Assembly (NCBI GenBank): GCA_963724765.1
Contig: CAVRVY010000004.1
Span: 1-64,000 of the forward strand
Origin: an uncultured delta proteobacterium
Lineage (GTDB): Bacteria; Desulfobacterota; Binatia; Binatales; Binataceae
Direction: 5' to 3'
Length of the DNA stretch: 64,000 nucleotides
This document shows positions 22,031-32,168 of the stretch, in pieces. Under the pieces are notes generated by a model that was given only the letters and a program-made list of their open reading frames with translations, was not told where the DNA came from and searched no databases. Position 1 is the stretch's first letter; every line of letters begins with the position of its first letter. Made by a program: the position numbers and the translations under genes.

Positions 22031-23161
22031 ATGGCGAGCAGAACGGCTAGTAGCACGGCTATGTCGAGGGCGAGGACGGCAGCAAAGGCGGGCGGCAACG
22101 GTGCGCATCACGGTAAGGTGAACAGCGATGGGCGGCGCGGCGCGCGCGGCAAGGCCGCGGGGGCGCCGCGAGTGACGCTCATCCCCGGCGACGGAGTGGG
22201 GCCGGAGGTTATCGGCGCCGCGGTCAAGGTGATCGAGGCCGCCGGGGTAAAGATCGATTGGGATCACCAATTGGGCGGCGCGATCGCCCTTCGAAGATTC
22301 GGCACTCCGGTGCCCGATCAGCTTATCGATTCGCTCAAGTCCACCGGGGTCGCGCTCAAGGGGCCGCTGGAGACGCGCGTGGGCGAGGGCTATCGCTCGA
22401 TCAACGTCTACCTGCGCAAGCTCTTCGATCTTTACGCCAACGTGCGCCCGGTGCGATCGCAAGCCGGAGTGCATACGCCCTTTCGCGGCGTCGACCTGAT
22501 CGTGATTCGCGAGAACACGGAAGACCTCTACGCCGGCATCGAGCATCAGGTTGCGCCGGGCGTGGTCGAGAGCGTCAAGATCATAACCGCGCGCGCCTCG
22601 ACGCGGATCGCGCGCTTCGCCTTCGAGTACGCGCGCACCAACCATCGGCGCCTGGTGACCGCGATTCACAAGGCCAACATCATGAAGCTCTCGGACGGAC
22701 TTTTCCTCAAATGCGCCCAGCGCGTGGCCCGCGACTATCACGACATCGTGTACCGGGAGCAAATCGTCGACGCCGCCTGCATGCGGCTGGTGACCGATCC
22801 GCAGGCCTTCGACGTGCTGCTGCTGGAAAACCTTTACGGCGACATCGTCTCCGACCTCTGCGCCGGCCTGGTCGGCGGATTGGGTTTCGTGCCCGGCGCC
22901 AACTACGGCAAGCATGGCGCGATTTTCGAGACCGTCCACGGCACCGCACCCGACATCGCCGGCAAGGGCATCGCCAACCCGGTGGCGGCCATAAAGACCG
23001 GGGCGTTGCTGCTCGATTATCTCGGCCACGGCCGCGCCGGCGATCGGATCCGCACGGCGGTGAACGCGGTGCTGCGCGCAGGCCGGGTGGTGACGCCGGA
23101 TATCGGCGGCAAAGCGGGCACCACGGATATGACCGCGGCGGTGATTCGCGCGCTCAAATAG
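22031..23161 (+). CDS. Isocitrate/isopropylmalate dehydrogenase family (NAD-dependent IDH-like)
   Basis: IPGDGVGPEV, RENTEDLY, HKANIMKLSDGLF, NLYGDIVSD, FETVHGTAPDIAGKGIANP. Confidence 0.92.
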   Translation: MASRTASSTAMSRARTAAKAGGNGAHHGKVNSDGRRGARGKAAGAPRVTLIPGDGVGPEVIGAAVKVIEAAGVKIDWDHQLGGAIALRRFGTPVPDQLIDSLKSTGVALKGPLETRVGEGYRSINVYLRKLFDLYANVRPVRSQAGVHTPFRGVDLIVIRENTEDLYAGIEHQVAPGVVESVKIITARASTRIARFAFEYARTNHRRLVTAIHKANIMKLSDGLFLKCAQRVARDYHDIVYREQIVDAACMRLVTDPQAFDVLLLENLYGDIVSDLCAGLVGGLGFVPGANYGKHGAIFETVHGTAPDIAGKGIANPVAAIKTGALLLDYLGHGRAGDRIRTAVNAVLRAGRVVTPDIGGKAGTTDMTAAVIRALK

Positions 23162-23210
23162 CGCCGCCCGCTCTTTTCCGGACGATCGCGCTTAGCTATG
23201 TATTTTCGTT

Positions 23211-23816
23211 ATGCGCAAGCCGCCAGTATCCGACGAACTTGCCGAACGCGTTCCTCCAGGCTAGCACCTGGTCGACGACTTTCCCGTCCTGAGTTATGGG
23301 CCGACACCGCGTTTCAACCCGCAAAAGTGGGACTTCCGGGTCCTGGGCATGGTCGAGGAGCAGTTGCGGTTCTCGTACCAGGAATTCCGCGCATTGCCGC
23401 TTGGCCGTCAGCGCGCCGACTTTCATTGCGTCACCACCTGGTCGAAGCTCGACAACCTGTGGGAGGGCGTCAGGGTCGTCGATCTGATGACGCGCGTGCG
23501 GCTGAAGCCCGAAGCGCGCTACGTCATCGTGCACTGCGACGGCGACTACACGACCAATCTGCCGCTGGAGGAGTTCGCCGACGAGGACGTGATGCTGGCC
23601 TGGCGGCACGACGGACATGACCTCGAGCCCGACCACGGCTGGCCGCTGCGGCTGGTGGTGCCAAAGCTCTACGGATGGAAGAGCGCCAAATGGGTGCGCG
23701 CAATTGAATTCGCGTTCGAGGACCGGCGCGGCTTCTGGGAAGTGCGCGGCTATCATAACCACGCTGATCCGTGGACCCAGGAGCGCTACTCGTTCCAGGA
23801 AGATCCCGAAGATTAG
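23211..23816 (+). pseudogene. Sulfite oxidase-like molybdopterin oxidoreductase with an in-frame TAG at codon 18
   Basis: ATG 23211 gives MRKPPVSDELAERVPPG*HLVDDFPVL, continuing in frame to DFHCVTTWS, HGWPLRLVVP, YGWKSAKW, GFWE. TAG at 23262-23264. Confidence 0.85.
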
Positions 23817-23960
23817 GAAGCCTTGCGTAACTGGCGCGGCGCGATTTCGTACCTCGGCTTATTCCGGGAAAGGTCTCCGCGAGCGGCGCAGAGGTTACTC
23901 TGGATTCCGCTGCACAGGCACTTCAAGGTTGCGAAAATCGATCGCGAGACCTCTCCGTAA

Positions 23961-23983
23961 CCCTCTCCTTGGACCAGGAGAGG
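23961..23983. repeat. Intergenic palindromic hairpin (REP-like CCTCTCC...GGAGAGG)
   Basis: CCTCTCCT-tggacc-AGGAGAGG stem in the gap before glpD. Confidence 0.4.
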
Positions 23984-23992
23984 TGACCAAAA

Positions 23993-25723
23993 GTGATTGC
24001 GTCACGCAAGCGAGAAATTTGTTGGGTCACCACACTAGACGATCAGGGGGAGACGATTAGAGAACCGCGGATAGCTCCTCTGAATCGCGACGAGCAAATC
24101 GCGCGTCTTTCCCGTGAGAGCTTCGACCTCGCGGTCATCGGTGGCGGCGTCAACGGCGCCGCGATCACGCGCGACGCCGCGATGCGCGGCCTTAGCGTCG
24201 CATTGATCGAGCGCGATGACTTCGCCGGCGCGACCTCCTCGCGCTCCTCCAAGCTGATTCACGGCGGACTGCGCTATCTGCCGCAGGGTGAACTCCGCCT
24301 GGTGCGCACGGCGCTCGCCGAGCGCGAGCGCCTGCGCCGGCTGACCGCGCCGCATCTGGTCAAACCGTTGCGCTTCCTCTTTCCGCTTTATCGCGGGCGC
24401 GGCCCGGGCCGGATCGCGCTTGGCGCGGGACTATGGCTTTACGACCTGTTCGCCCGCCCGCCGCGCGCCGAGCGTCATCGCCGCGTCAACCGCGCACAGG
24501 CGCTTGCTGCGGAGCCGATGCTCAATCCCGCGGCGCTGGTGGGCGGCGCCTTCTACTACGACGCCGGTGGTGATGACGCACGGCTCACGATCGAAAACGT
24601 GCTCGACGCGGCTTATCATGGCGGCGCGATCGCCAACTACGTCGAACTCGAGCGCTTCGCGCACGCCGAGGGCCGAATAGCGGCGGCCGAGGTGCGCGAT
24701 CGCCTCGGCGGGAGGCGCCTGGAGTTGCGCGCGCGACTGTTCGTCAACGCCGCTGGACCATGGATCGATGACCTTCGCAGGCTCGACGATCCGGCCGCCT
24801 CGCCCTCGGTCCGCTTGACCAAGGGCGTGCATCTTATGATCGACCGTAAGCGTCTGCCCGTGCGCGAGGCGCTGGTGCTGGGCGACGCGCAGGGCCGAAT
24901 CGTTTTCGTGATACCGCACGGCGAAGAGGTGCTGCTCGGCACCACCGACACGGACTTCGACGGCGACCGCGAGCGCGTCGCCCCCGAACCGGAAGACATC
25001 GAATACCTGCTCGGCGTGGTTGCGCAAAGCCTTCCCGGAGCGACGCTCACGGCCGACGATGTCACCGCGAGCTTTGCCGGCTTGCGCGCACTGGCGTCGG
25101 CGAGGGATGGACGCGCGCCGTCAGCGGTCTCACGCGAAGAGGTTATCGTCGAGAGCGGCTCCGGACTGCTGTCGATCGCCGGCGGCAAGCTGACCACGCA
25201 TCGCGAGATCGCCGAGCGGATCGTGAATCGCGTCGCATCGATCCTGGGCCGCGGCGCGGGGCTCGCGCCGACCCGCGATACGCCGCTGCCCGGCGCGCGT
25301 GCGGTGGAAATCGAGGATTCCGGCGGCGCCGCACAAGCGCTCGCCGCGCTACCCGCGGATTTGCGCGAGGCGATGGCCGCACGCTATGGAACTCGCGCGA
25401 TCGTACCGGCAAGCCTCCTCCGCCAATCGCCCGACCTGGCCCGGCCGCTTGCTCCAGGATGCCCGGTCGCGGCCGCCGAGGTAATCTACGCGATCCGCTA
25501 TGAGATGGCGGCGTCGGTCGCCGATTTCATCCGGCGCCGTACAGCGCTCTCGTGGCGCCATCCGCGATGCGCCCGTGCGGCCGCCGAGGCGACGGCGCGC
25601 CTGATGGCGGCGGAGCTTGGATGGGACCGGGCGCGCGAGCAATCCGAGCGCGAGCAAGCTGAGATTGACGCGTCCAATCCTGCGCCGCCCGCGAGACCGG
25701 ATGCCGGCGCGGCGCAGCCGTAA
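23993..25723 (+). CDS. glpD: FAD-dependent glycerol-3-phosphate dehydrogenase
   Basis: IGGGVNG, TSSRSSKLIHGGLRYL, DDARL, NAAGPW, KGVHL, GTTD, GLR, GGKLTT. Start uncertain. Confidence 0.9.
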   Translation: MIASRKREICWVTTLDDQGETIREPRIAPLNRDEQIARLSRESFDLAVIGGGVNGAAITRDAAMRGLSVALIERDDFAGATSSRSSKLIHGGLRYLPQGELRLVRTALAERERLRRLTAPHLVKPLRFLFPLYRGRGPGRIALGAGLWLYDLFARPPRAERHRRVNRAQALAAEPMLNPAALVGGAFYYDAGGDDARLTIENVLDAAYHGGAIANYVELERFAHAEGRIAAAEVRDRLGGRRLELRARLFVNAAGPWIDDLRRLDDPAASPSVRLTKGVHLMIDRKRLPVREALVLGDAQGRIVFVIPHGEEVLLGTTDTDFDGDRERVAPEPEDIEYLLGVVAQSLPGATLTADDVTASFAGLRALASARDGRAPSAVSREEVIVESGSGLLSIAGGKLTTHREIAERIVNRVASILGRGAGLAPTRDTPLPGARAVEIEDSGGAAQALAALPADLREAMAARYGTRAIVPASLLRQSPDLARPLAPGCPVAAAEVIYAIRYEMAASVADFIRRRTALSWRHPRCARAAAEATARLMAAELGWDRAREQSEREQAEIDASNPAPPARPDAGAAQP

Positions 25724-25747
25724 TCCCGAGACGCAGGGGTGATCTTG

Positions 25748-26461
25748 ATGACACGCGAGTCGCGCAAAAGTCTCCTCGAGCGCACCGCGCGGATTGCCGC
25801 GGCGCTCGCCCGGCTCTATCCCGAAGCTCGCATCAGCCTCGACTTCAAGACCCCGTGGCAATGCCTGGTCGCGACGATCCTCTCCGCGCAATGCACCGAC
25901 AAGCGCGTCAACCAGGTCACGCCCCGCTTGTTCGCCGAGGTTCCCGACGTGCGCGCGATGGACACCGCGCCCGCCGGGCGGATCGAACACCTGATCCTCG
26001 ACACCGGTTTCTTTCGGCAGAAGACACGCTCGCTCAAGGGTACGGCGCGCGCAATCGTACAGCGCTTCGGCGGCGAGGTGCCATCGCGGATGGAAGACCT
26101 GGTGACGCTGCCTGGCGTCGGCCGCAAAACCGCCAACGTTTTGCTCGGACACGTTTTCGGTCAGCCCGGCCTGGTGGTCGACACTCACGTGCGCCGTCTC
26201 ACGCAGCGCCTGGGGCTTACGCACGAGATCGATCCCGACAGAATCGAGCTTGAATTACAGGCGCTGCTCAAACCCGCCGAGTGGACGCCGTTCTCGATGC
26301 GTCTAATACTGCATGGGCGAACTGTGTGCCAGGCGCGCAAGCCGCGATGCGAGGTCTGCGCGCTGGCCGCGGATTGCCCGCGTATCGGGGTCGCGGGAGC
26401 GCCGCGGGCGCGGGCCGGGACGAAGAAATCCGGGGATGACGTGGGGCGTAATCGTGTTTGA
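25748..26461 (+). CDS. nth: Endonuclease III
   Basis: LSAQCTDKRVN, HhH LPGVGRKTANV, VDTHV, C-terminal 4Fe-4S CxxxxxxCxxCxxxxxC. Confidence 0.95.
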   Translation: MTRESRKSLLERTARIAAALARLYPEARISLDFKTPWQCLVATILSAQCTDKRVNQVTPRLFAEVPDVRAMDTAPAGRIEHLILDTGFFRQKTRSLKGTARAIVQRFGGEVPSRMEDLVTLPGVGRKTANVLLGHVFGQPGLVVDTHVRRLTQRLGLTHEIDPDRIELELQALLKPAEWTPFSMRLILHGRTVCQARKPRCEVCALAADCPRIGVAGAPRARAGTKKSGDDVGRNRV

Positions 26462-26513
26462 CCTCACCTGTCGACATGTAATAATTGGCTCACACCCAAA
26501 AGCGTGATGTGCT

Positions 26514-27050
26514 GTGAGACTGCGTATCGACGAAATAACCGCCGAGGCCAGAGAGGTCTCTTTTCTCCAGTCCGAGGAGGAAGTTAACCGGCGGCTCGCC
26601 CAGGGCCCGGTGAATGAGTTCCGGGTGGGCGGCGCAATCGCGGTCGATTTGTCATATTACCGCGCCGGTATGGAGCTGTTTTTCGAAGGCCGGCTGAGCG
26701 CTCCGATGGTCGCTTCGTGCGCGCGCTGCGCGGAGGAGTTCAGCGCGCCCAACGCGCGTCCGTTTCGTTTCGTATTGGCGCCGCGCGCTGCGGGCGACGA
26801 TGACGACGGGCGGCTGCGCACGGAGGACCTGGAATTTTCGCTTTATGATGGCGACCAGATCGACCTTGCCCCGCTGGTCGCCGAGCAACTCATCCTTGCG
26901 CTCCCGAGCCGCGCACTGTGCCGCGAGGACTGCCAGGGGCTGTGCCCGCGTTGCGGGACCAATCTCAATCTTCACCGGTGCGGTTGCGAACAGCAGGCAA
27001 GCGACCCGCGCCTGGCGGTTGTGCGATCGCTCAAAGTCGAACGCTCCTGA
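26514..27050 (+). CDS. yceD: DUF177/YceD family protein
   Basis: CARC, LCREDCQGLCPRCG, DPRL; lies upstream of rpmF. Confidence 0.9.
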   Translation: MRLRIDEITAEAREVSFLQSEEEVNRRLAQGPVNEFRVGGAIAVDLSYYRAGMELFFEGRLSAPMVASCARCAEEFSAPNARPFRFVLAPRAAGDDDDGRLRTEDLEFSLYDGDQIDLAPLVAEQLILALPSRALCREDCQGLCPRCGTNLNLHRCGCEQQASDPRLAVVRSLKVERS

Positions 27051-27108
27051 AACCGCGCGATTCATTTCAAAGCCCGCGCAAATGCCAAGCGGAAGAGAGT
27101 AAACATCT

Positions 27109-27288
27109 ATGCAAGCACCCAAGCGTCGTACTTCCCATTCCAAGCGCAACAAGCGCCGTGCCCATGACGCGCTGCGCGCGGTCAATCCCATCGCCTGCTC
27201 GCAGTGCGGCGAACCTACGCTGCCGCATCGCGTGTGCCATCACTGCGGCGCCTACCGCGGACGGCAACTGGCGGAGACCGCTGAATAG
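27109..27288 (+). CDS. rpmF: 50S ribosomal protein L32 (59 aa, not in the ORF track)
   Basis: MQAPKRRTSHSKRNKRRAH...CSQCG...PHRVCHHCGAYRG, translated by hand. Confidence 0.95.
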   Translation: MQAPKRRTSHSKRNKRRAHDALRAVNPIACSQCGEPTLPHRVCHHCGAYRGRQLAETAE

Positions 27289-27306
27289 GCGGCGCAGGAG
27301 CGGTGC

Positions 27307-28692
27307 GTGAGAATCGCGCTTGACGCGATGGGGGGTGACCTCGCCCCCAAGGCGACTGTTGAAGGCGCGGTGGCGGCCGCGCGCGACTTCGGCATCGAGA
27401 TCGTACTGGTCGGTGATCTCGACCTGCTGACGCGGGAGCTCACCGATCACAAAATCGGCGGGCTCAAGATCACCATCGAACATGCGCCCGAGAGCGTCGC
27501 GATGGACGACTCGCCGATGGAGTCGGTGCTCAGCAAGCCGCACTCCTCGATTCATGTCGGGCTCGAGATGGTCAAATGCTCCGACGCGAGCGCGTTCGTC
27601 AGCGCCGGCAACTCAGGCGCCGTGATGGCGGCCGCGATGATGATCCTTGGCACTTTACCCGGAGTCGACCGCCCCGCGATCGCCTCGCTGGTGCCGGCCA
27701 GCGACGGCTTCGCCCTGCTCATCGACGCCGGCGCCAATACCGAGGTAAAGCCGCTCCATCTCGCGCAGTTTGCGGTGATGGGCAGCGTCTACGCCCATCG
27801 CGTGCGCGGCGTGCCCAACCCCCGCATCGGCATCCTGGCCAATGGTGAGGAAGAGTCCAAGGGCACCGATCTCACCCGCGCCGCGGCGGCGATGCTGGGC
27901 GCGATGCGCGAGTCGGTCGATTACATCGGCTACGTCGAAGGCCGCGACATCAACCGCGGCAAGGCCGACGTGGTAGTGACCGACGGCTTTACCGGCAATG
28001 TGGCGCTCAAGACGATGGAGGGCTTCGCCTCTTTCCTGCTCGGCAACCTGCGCGACGTCTTCAGCAGCGCCTCGGGCCGCATCGCCTACCTGCTCGTGCG
28101 CAAGCGTCTGGGCCGGATTCGCGAGCGCCTGGACCCGTCCGAATATGGCGGCGCGCCGCTTTTAGGGCTCGGTGGAGTCACGATTATCGCGCACGGCTCG
28201 TCCAATCCACGGGCCATCCGCAACGCTATCCGCGCCGCCGCCAACGAGGCGCTGATCGAGCGGGTCAATGCCGAGATCGTCGAGATCCTCGCGCGCCATG
28301 TCTCCGCGATGCCCGCCAAGTCCGCGGGCAAGGGCTTTCGCGCGTTGTTGGACCGGATGCGCGAGCGGCTGCATCGCCATCCCCGCGATGGCGCAGCGCC
28401 GCCGCCTCAATCCGCGGCTCCTTCAGCGACGCCTGCGGCGTTGCATCCCGCGAATTCAGAGCATCCGAACGCGCCCGTGGCGCAGCCCCCGGCGAACGCG
28501 AAAATCGCGGTACCCGAGCATGCTGCTCCCGAGCACATACCCATCGAGAAAGTCCTCTCGGCCAACGGTGTCGCGGGCGGCGCGTCGCATGCTGAAGGCG
28601 CGCACGACGAGCCGCACAGGGCGGGCGAGGAGGCGGCAGCCGAATTGTCACCTCAACCCGAGCCGGGGTCGCATAAGCCCGACCCGTCCTGA
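27307..28692 (+). CDS. plsX: Phosphate acyltransferase PlsX with a long low-complexity C-terminal tail
   Basis: IALDAMGGDLAP, SAGNSGA, DAGAN, DGFTGN, YGGAPLLGL, AHGSS. Confidence 0.95.
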   Translation: MRIALDAMGGDLAPKATVEGAVAAARDFGIEIVLVGDLDLLTRELTDHKIGGLKITIEHAPESVAMDDSPMESVLSKPHSSIHVGLEMVKCSDASAFVSAGNSGAVMAAAMMILGTLPGVDRPAIASLVPASDGFALLIDAGANTEVKPLHLAQFAVMGSVYAHRVRGVPNPRIGILANGEEESKGTDLTRAAAAMLGAMRESVDYIGYVEGRDINRGKADVVVTDGFTGNVALKTMEGFASFLLGNLRDVFSSASGRIAYLLVRKRLGRIRERLDPSEYGGAPLLGLGGVTIIAHGSSNPRAIRNAIRAAANEALIERVNAEIVEILARHVSAMPAKSAGKGFRALLDRMRERLHRHPRDGAAPPPQSAAPSATPAALHPANSEHPNAPVAQPPANAKIAVPEHAAPEHIPIEKVLSANGVAGGASHAEGAHDEPHRAGEEAAAELSPQPEPGSHKPDPS

Positions 28693-28774
28693 TATTCACG
28701 ATCGCGCAAAATCTCCGCTTCGAGGACAACATCACCCGGTATTCATATGAAGTTTGGCAGATGAGGATTGGCAG

Positions 28775-29731
28775 ATGAGGGTTGCATTCCTGTTTCCCGG
28801 ACAAGGGGCGCAGCGGGTCGGGATGGGGGCCGAATTGGCGCGCGAGTTTGCCGCCGCGCGCGAGGCCTTCAACGAGGCCGACGAGGCGCTGGGCTTCAAA
28901 CTGTCGAAGCTGTGCTTCGAGGGGCCGGAGGAGGATTTGCGCCTGACGGCCAACACACAACCCGCGACGCTCGCCACCTCGATCGCTGCGTTGCGCGCGT
29001 TTGAGGCTGAATATGACATTAAGGCCGAGCTTGCCGCTGGCCACAGCCTGGGCGAGTACAGCGCACTGGTCGCGGCCGGAGCGCTGGAGTTTGCCGCGGC
29101 GCTCCGCGCGGTGCGCGAGCGCGGCCGCCAGATGCAGGAGGCCTGCCCGGCAGGGCAGGGTTCGATGGCGGCGCTGATCGGGCTCGATCTCGCGGCGGTG
29201 CGCGAAGTCTGCGAGCAGGTCTCGCGCGACGGCCAGATCGCGGTGCCCGCGAATCTCAATGCGCCGGGCCAGATCGTAATCGCCGGACATGCCGGAGCGG
29301 TCAAGCGCGCGATCGAAATCGCCAAGGAGCGTGGCGCCGGAGCGTCGGTAGAGTTGAAAGTGAGCGCCCCGTTCCATTCACCGCTGATGCAGCCGGCGCG
29401 AATCGGGATGGAGCCGGTGATCGCGGCGCTCAAGGTTAGCGCGCTCAGCTTCGGAGTGATCGCCAATGTAACCGGGGAAGTGAATCGCGATCCCGAGCGC
29501 GTCAAGCCGCTGCTGCTGGAACAAATCACGGCGCCGGTGCGCTGGGAGGAATCGATGGTGCGGCTCGCGGCCTCGGGTGCGACCAGTGCGCTCGAGTTTG
29601 GCGCGGGCCGCGTGCTGGCTGGCCTGATGCGGCGGATCAACAAGGGCTTCAAGGTGCGGTCGGTGGAGGATCCGGCCTCGTTGAGAGCGTCCGGCCAGGC
29701 GCTGGCCGAGGAGGCGGCGCAGGGCGCATAA
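28775..29731 (+). CDS. fabD: Malonyl CoA-ACP transacylase
   Basis: FPGQG, TQPA, GHSLGEY, VSAPFHS. Confidence 0.96.
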   Translation: MRVAFLFPGQGAQRVGMGAELAREFAAAREAFNEADEALGFKLSKLCFEGPEEDLRLTANTQPATLATSIAALRAFEAEYDIKAELAAGHSLGEYSALVAAGALEFAAALRAVRERGRQMQEACPAGQGSMAALIGLDLAAVREVCEQVSRDGQIAVPANLNAPGQIVIAGHAGAVKRAIEIAKERGAGASVELKVSAPFHSPLMQPARIGMEPVIAALKVSALSFGVIANVTGEVNRDPERVKPLLLEQITAPVRWEESMVRLAASGATSALEFGAGRVLAGLMRRINKGFKVRSVEDPASLRASGQALAEEAAQGA

Positions 29732-30013
29732 CGCGCGCGCCGCGGGAGAGCGAGTGCCGGCAGAGCTGACGGCTCGTCGCGGGGTCCGCGAAACGAGCGA
29801 TGCAAACGTTTCCGACTTGTGTTTCGCAACTTGCCTAGTCGGAGCTAACTCCCTAAGCTGCGCTGTAACGTTTGCTGGCCCGGGGGATATGCCGCCCAGG
29901 CGCGTGCGAGCACGATCCGGCGCAGGCGGGACCGAATCAACCATAATCGAATCAATGCAACGAACGCGGCGCGCCACCCCCGGCGCAGGCCGGCAGGAGG
30001 AAATCAAACTACG

Positions 30014-30253
30014 ATGGCTGGAGAAGTCGAAACCAAGGTTCGCGAAATCATCAGCGAGCAGCTCGGCGTGTCCGCTGACGAAGTGACCCCGGAAGCGTCA
30101 TTTATCGAGGACCTGGGTGCTGATTCACTCGATATCGTCGAGTTGGTGATGGCGCTGGAGGAGGAGTACGGGATGGAGATCTCGGACGAGGACGCCGAGA
30201 AAATCCGCACCGTAAAGGACGTGGTCACCTATATCGAAGCGCACAAGGCCTGA
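30014..30253 (+). CDS. acpP: Acyl carrier protein
   Basis: [19 protein letters not shown]; AGGAGG RBS. Confidence 0.97.
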   Translation: MAGEVETKVREIISEQLGVSADEVTPEASFIEDLGADSLDIVELVMALEEEYGMEISDEDAEKIRTVKDVVTYIEAHKA

Positions 30254-30423
30254 CCGGTCCGCAACGCACTTCCACTCTGCAAAGCTGCGAACAACGCCTC
30301 GATGCGGGCCGGCGGGCGCCCGCCGTGCATCCCAGGTGTAAAGCCCGGCGCGCATTCGCCAACCGTTCACGATCGCCCGCATCGAGGGTGCGCCGGCCAC
30401 GGCTGGCGCGCTAGACTCACTGC

Positions 30424-30960
30424 ATGAGGTGCCCGTTTTGCCGCCATCGCGGTAACCGCGTGGTCGACTCGAGGCTTAGCGGCGACGGCGCGACGATCCG
30501 GCGGCGCCGGATGTGCACGACCTGCAAACGGCGCTTCACCACCTACGAGCGGGTTGAAGAATCCGCACCGATGGTGGTCAAGAAAGACAACCGGCGCGAG
30601 CCGTTCGATCGCGCCAAAATCGTCTCCGGACTCAAGAAGGCCTGCGAGAAGCGCCCGGTCTCGATGGAGACCATCGAGCAGATCGCCGACCGGATCGAGG
30701 CCGCGGTTGCCGAGCAGGGGGGACGCGAAGTCTTAAGCTCCATCATCGGCGGCGCGATCATGAACGAACTGCATAGCGTTGACCAGGTCGCCTACGTGCG
30801 CTTCGCCTCGGTCTACCGCTCGTTCAAAGACATCGACGAGTTCATGCACGAGCTGGAGGACCTGATCCGCCTGCGCAAGGCAGCCGCCGCCGCGCCGACC
30901 GCTCCCGCGCGCGACAAAAAGGGCGAGCCCGCCTCGCGCAAGGGCGAGCCCGCTTCGTAA
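30424..30960 (+). CDS. nrdR: Transcriptional repressor NrdR
   Basis: MRCPFC, VVDSR, IRRRRMC, RFTTYE, ATP cone, [10 protein letters not shown]. Confidence 0.96.
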   Translation: MRCPFCRHRGNRVVDSRLSGDGATIRRRRMCTTCKRRFTTYERVEESAPMVVKKDNRREPFDRAKIVSGLKKACEKRPVSMETIEQIADRIEAAVAEQGGREVLSSIIGGAIMNELHSVDQVAYVRFASVYRSFKDIDEFMHELEDLIRLRKAAAAAPTAPARDKKGEPASRKGEPAS

Positions 30961-30966
30961 GCCGCC

Positions 30967-32145
30967 GTGCCAGCCGCTCCGGCCTCATCCGCCGATCTGC
31001 GTTTCATGCGAAGGGCGCTCGCGCTCGCGCGCCGGAGGCTCGGGCGAACCTCGCCCAACCCGGCCGTAGGATGCGTTATCGTGCGCGGCAACCGAATCGT
31101 CGGCCAGGGTGCGACCGCCGCCGGTGGCCGTCCGCACGCCGAGGCCGTGGCGCTCGCGCATGCGGGCGCAAGGGCGCGCGGCGCGACCGCCTACGTGTCG
31201 TTGGAGCCCTGCGCGCATCGAGGGCGCACAGCGTCGTGCGCGCGGACACTGGTTGCGGCGGGAGTGCGGCGGGTCGTCGTCGGATGCGTCGATCCGTATC
31301 CGCCGGTGCGCGGGCGCGGACTGGCGATTCTGCGTGCGGGGGGAGTCGAAGTAGTCTGCGGCGTACTCGAGGACGACTGCCGCCGCCTCAACCAGGGCTT
31401 CATCACCCGCGTGACGCGCGGGCGCCCGTTGGCGACGCTCAAGCTCGCGCTCTCGCTCGACGGACGAATCGCCGCCGCCTCAGGCGATTCGCGATGGATA
31501 AGTTCGCCGGCTTCGCGCGCGCTGGTCCATCGATGGCGCAGCGAGGCCGACGCGGTGATGGTCGGTGCGGGGACCGTATTGGCCGACGATCCGCGCCTGA
31601 CCTGCCGGATGGCCGGTGGACGCGACCCTGCGCGAGTCGTAATCGACGGGCGTTTGCGATCTTCGCCGCGCGCGCGTGTTTTTGTAGAGCGCTCCACGGC
31701 CCCGGCCCTGCTGGTCACGACCGTTGCGAACCTGGCGCGGGCGCGGCGGCGGTATGGCGGCGCGCGCGTCGAGGTGATCGGATGCCCGGCGCGCGGCGCC
31801 GAACGAGGTGATCAGATCGACTTGCGCGCCTTGATGCGTGAGCTGGCGCGGCGCGGATGGTGCAACGTGCTGATCGAGGGCGGCGCGCATCTGGCTGGCG
31901 CGGCGCTCGGCGCCGGTATCATCGACCGCGTGGCCTTCTTCGTCGCGCCGATCGTGATCGGCGCCGGAACTCCCGCGGTCGAAGGGCTGGGCTTTGCGCG
32001 CGTGCGCGACGCGATTGCACTGGGCGATCTCAGCGTGCGGCGGTGCGGCGGCGACCTCCTGATGGAGGCCGAAATCGTGAGCCGGCGCCGCGCGCTGTTG
32101 CGGCGGGCCGAGCCGGGCGCGCTGGTCAGCCTACGGAGGCGGTGA
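30967..32145 (+). CDS. ribD: Riboflavin biosynthesis deaminase/reductase RibD
   Basis: TSPNPAVG, HAE, LEPCAH...C, SLDG, WISS, DDPRL, LIEGG. Confidence 0.95.
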   Translation: MPAAPASSADLRFMRRALALARRRLGRTSPNPAVGCVIVRGNRIVGQGATAAGGRPHAEAVALAHAGARARGATAYVSLEPCAHRGRTASCARTLVAAGVRRVVVGCVDPYPPVRGRGLAILRAGGVEVVCGVLEDDCRRLNQGFITRVTRGRPLATLKLALSLDGRIAAASGDSRWISSPASRALVHRWRSEADAVMVGAGTVLADDPRLTCRMAGGRDPARVVIDGRLRSSPRARVFVERSTAPALLVTTVANLARARRRYGGARVEVIGCPARGAERGDQIDLRALMRELARRGWCNVLIEGGAHLAGAALGAGIIDRVAFFVAPIVIGAGTPAVEGLGFARVRDAIALGDLSVRRCGGDLLMEAEIVSRRRALLRRAEPGALVSLRRR

Positions 32146-32168
32146 TAATATTTGAGTTCGGAACTGTG

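Noticed and set aside
20627-23029. 800-aa minus-strand ORF and similar long antisense ORFs
   Set aside because: These are shadows of well-supported genes on the opposite strand in high-GC DNA.
23262-23264. Pyrrolysine or TAG reassignment
   Set aside because: TAG is a normal stop in many neighbouring genes, no pyl genes are seen, and CAG>TAG is a single change.
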